Of a stretch of DNA of 64,000 nt, positions 62,146 through 64,000 are shown one piece after another (within the stretch, counting starts at the first letter, position 1; each line of letters begins with the position of its first letter). The translations under genes were made by a program, and so were the position numbers. Source of the DNA: Chiloscyllium plagiosum (Eukaryota); NCBI RefSeq assembly GCF_004010195.1, contig NC_057718.1:81834110-81898109 (forward strand), written 5' to 3'. The notes under the pieces were generated by a model that was not told the origin of the DNA, searched no databases, and saw only the letters and a program-made list of their open reading frames with translations.

Positions 62146-64000
62146 TAATCCCTCTCTCACTCAGGTCATGGCAGTCTTTCTGGCAAAGAGTCCCCAGAAT
62201 CTTTCTTTCCTGACCCCTTTAATTGGTCTGATGGGCTTTGACATCACTTCAACAACAGGAATCATTTTACCCAAATCACAATCCCTGCCTCTCTGTATGT
62301 TCAAAGTTCTGCCCTTTACAACTGTACAACACACTTAGTAGCACAGAGCTGATGCTTAAGTATTTTTGGTATCAAGTTTTTCTTTTGGAGGAGTTCTCAG
62401 TGCAAGGCTGAGTGAGATTTATCACTTTATCTCACTGAATATACCTCAATAATTCCTATCCTACCCCCATGGCATTCCTCACATCTGATTCTAGCTCCAG
62501 TTAACCAAGTGCTATTGCCAGGACAATTCACCACTTGCTGAATGTCCACCAAAAGACAATCATCCCTGCGTCATATTTGAAAGATCTCTGTGCACCCGGA
62601 TGAGCACTAGTATTCTGAAGCTGCTCTGCTCTGTCAAGGATGGAATCGGAACATGTCAATGAAGGGGATGATGGAGCCTCAATGTATTTAGTGTAATTGG
62701 AAACTAGACATTGATGAGGCAAGGCGTGGCATTAATAAGGCATTTAGCAACCTCTAATCCCCCTTAATTGGCAACTCACTGCTGCCTAGTGAGAAACCTG
62801 TCTTGCCAATTGACAAAAGCTTAAGTGAGTTGCTTCTGATGTTGAGATAGGCCTTCCCACCTTTTTCATCTGATTCTGACACCCATCTCACCATTGCCCA
62901 GGTCACTCAGAACCCTACAAGATACAGTCTCTGCTCTGTTATTGGAGACTTGCTTCAAAATAAGGATCTATTCAAATGCTGTCAGTCTTGTTCTGTTTGT
63001 TGCGAGCCTTGCTTAGTTTTATTTGCAGAAATTTGCAGTGCTTTGAACTGCCATGCAGATAAAACAGGCAGACCCCAACTCACTGCAGTTAGTCTTCAAT
63101 CTACTTTTGGCTTCTTAGTTGCTCATCCCTATTAGATTCCTGAGTCATACAGACATTTCTTGGAAACGAAGGATGTCATAATCAGGAAATCATTTTACCA
63201 TCTTTCAAAATACTCCCCAGCCCATTGTGTTCACTCAAAAGGAAATAGAAGCTTTTCCCCAGCATATGAGTCATTACAAAATTATTTAGTCATGCCACCT
63301 ATATTTAACTCAATCATTAATACCTACCGTGATTAGCAAAGGAAGCAATAATGACGCTGGAAACAATCACCTCATCACAAGATCATGATAGGCCTTTGCT
63401 TCCTGACACTAAGCCATTTTTGGATTTAATTGCCAATTTCTCTTAGATCCAATAAGCTGGGACAAAACAGAAACTGACAAACGATAAAAGCTGGATCCAA
63501 CCAGCTTTTAATTTTCTGAGCTGTTTACCAAATGGCAAGTTCTCAAACACCTTAGACAACTCTAGGTAGATTAGATCAAATGCTGTACCATCACCAATCC
63601 CCCTTTGTTGCCTCCTGAAACAAATTCAATCAATTTAGTGAACGACAACCATCCCTAAGAAATCCCTGCTAACTGCCCTTCATTAATTTGTGCCTTTCCA
63701 AATGGCTGTGTATACTATCACGGGATTGTTTCTTTCTCAGAATGTTACACTGATTAGTCTGTAATTAGAAGAGTTTGTTTTGTTCTCCATTTTTAAACAA
63801 TGGCATAACAGTAGCTGTTATTCAATGCTTTTTGCTAGAGAGGATTTGAGCAAGCTGGTCAGAGCTTCTGTTATTTCTTTGCTTGCTTCTCTTAGTAGTG
63901 TGGGTGTTTTTCATCTAAGCCTTGTGATTTATCCACTTTCATGGAAGCTAAATACCTTAATATTACCTCTGTCGCTATATTTTTGCCATCCAATATTTCA

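Overview
Eukaryotic, repeat-dense, apparently non-coding DNA (intron or gene desert) from a draft assembly with 4 N-gaps. The host is inferred to be an elasmobranch (shark/ray), because the window holds about 16 copies of an HE1-type tRNA-derived V-SINE and many CR1/HER1-type LINE fragments sharing its 3' tail. No host protein-coding exon could be supported; nearly all recognisable ORFs are broken retroelement pieces. Contents: CR1 LINEs of several subfamilies, L2-like and other old LINE relics, Deu-domain SINE relics, a 5'-truncated Tx1-like element with a 13-bp TSD, probable solo LTRs, a 26-bp minisatellite, a (CTAAT)~41 array and several repeat-free AT-rich islands that look like conserved enhancers. 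The most notable signal is a set of Penelope-like elements (PLEs, Neptune- and Poseidon-type GIY-YIG) whose pseudo-LTRs carry minimal hammerhead ribozyme (HHR) motifs. These include short 130-250 bp solo or inverted insertions that begin right at the HHR 5' edge, and two multi-level nested PLE structures with readable TSDs. Repeat family names come from motif recognition, not database searches, and boundaries of old elements are approximate.
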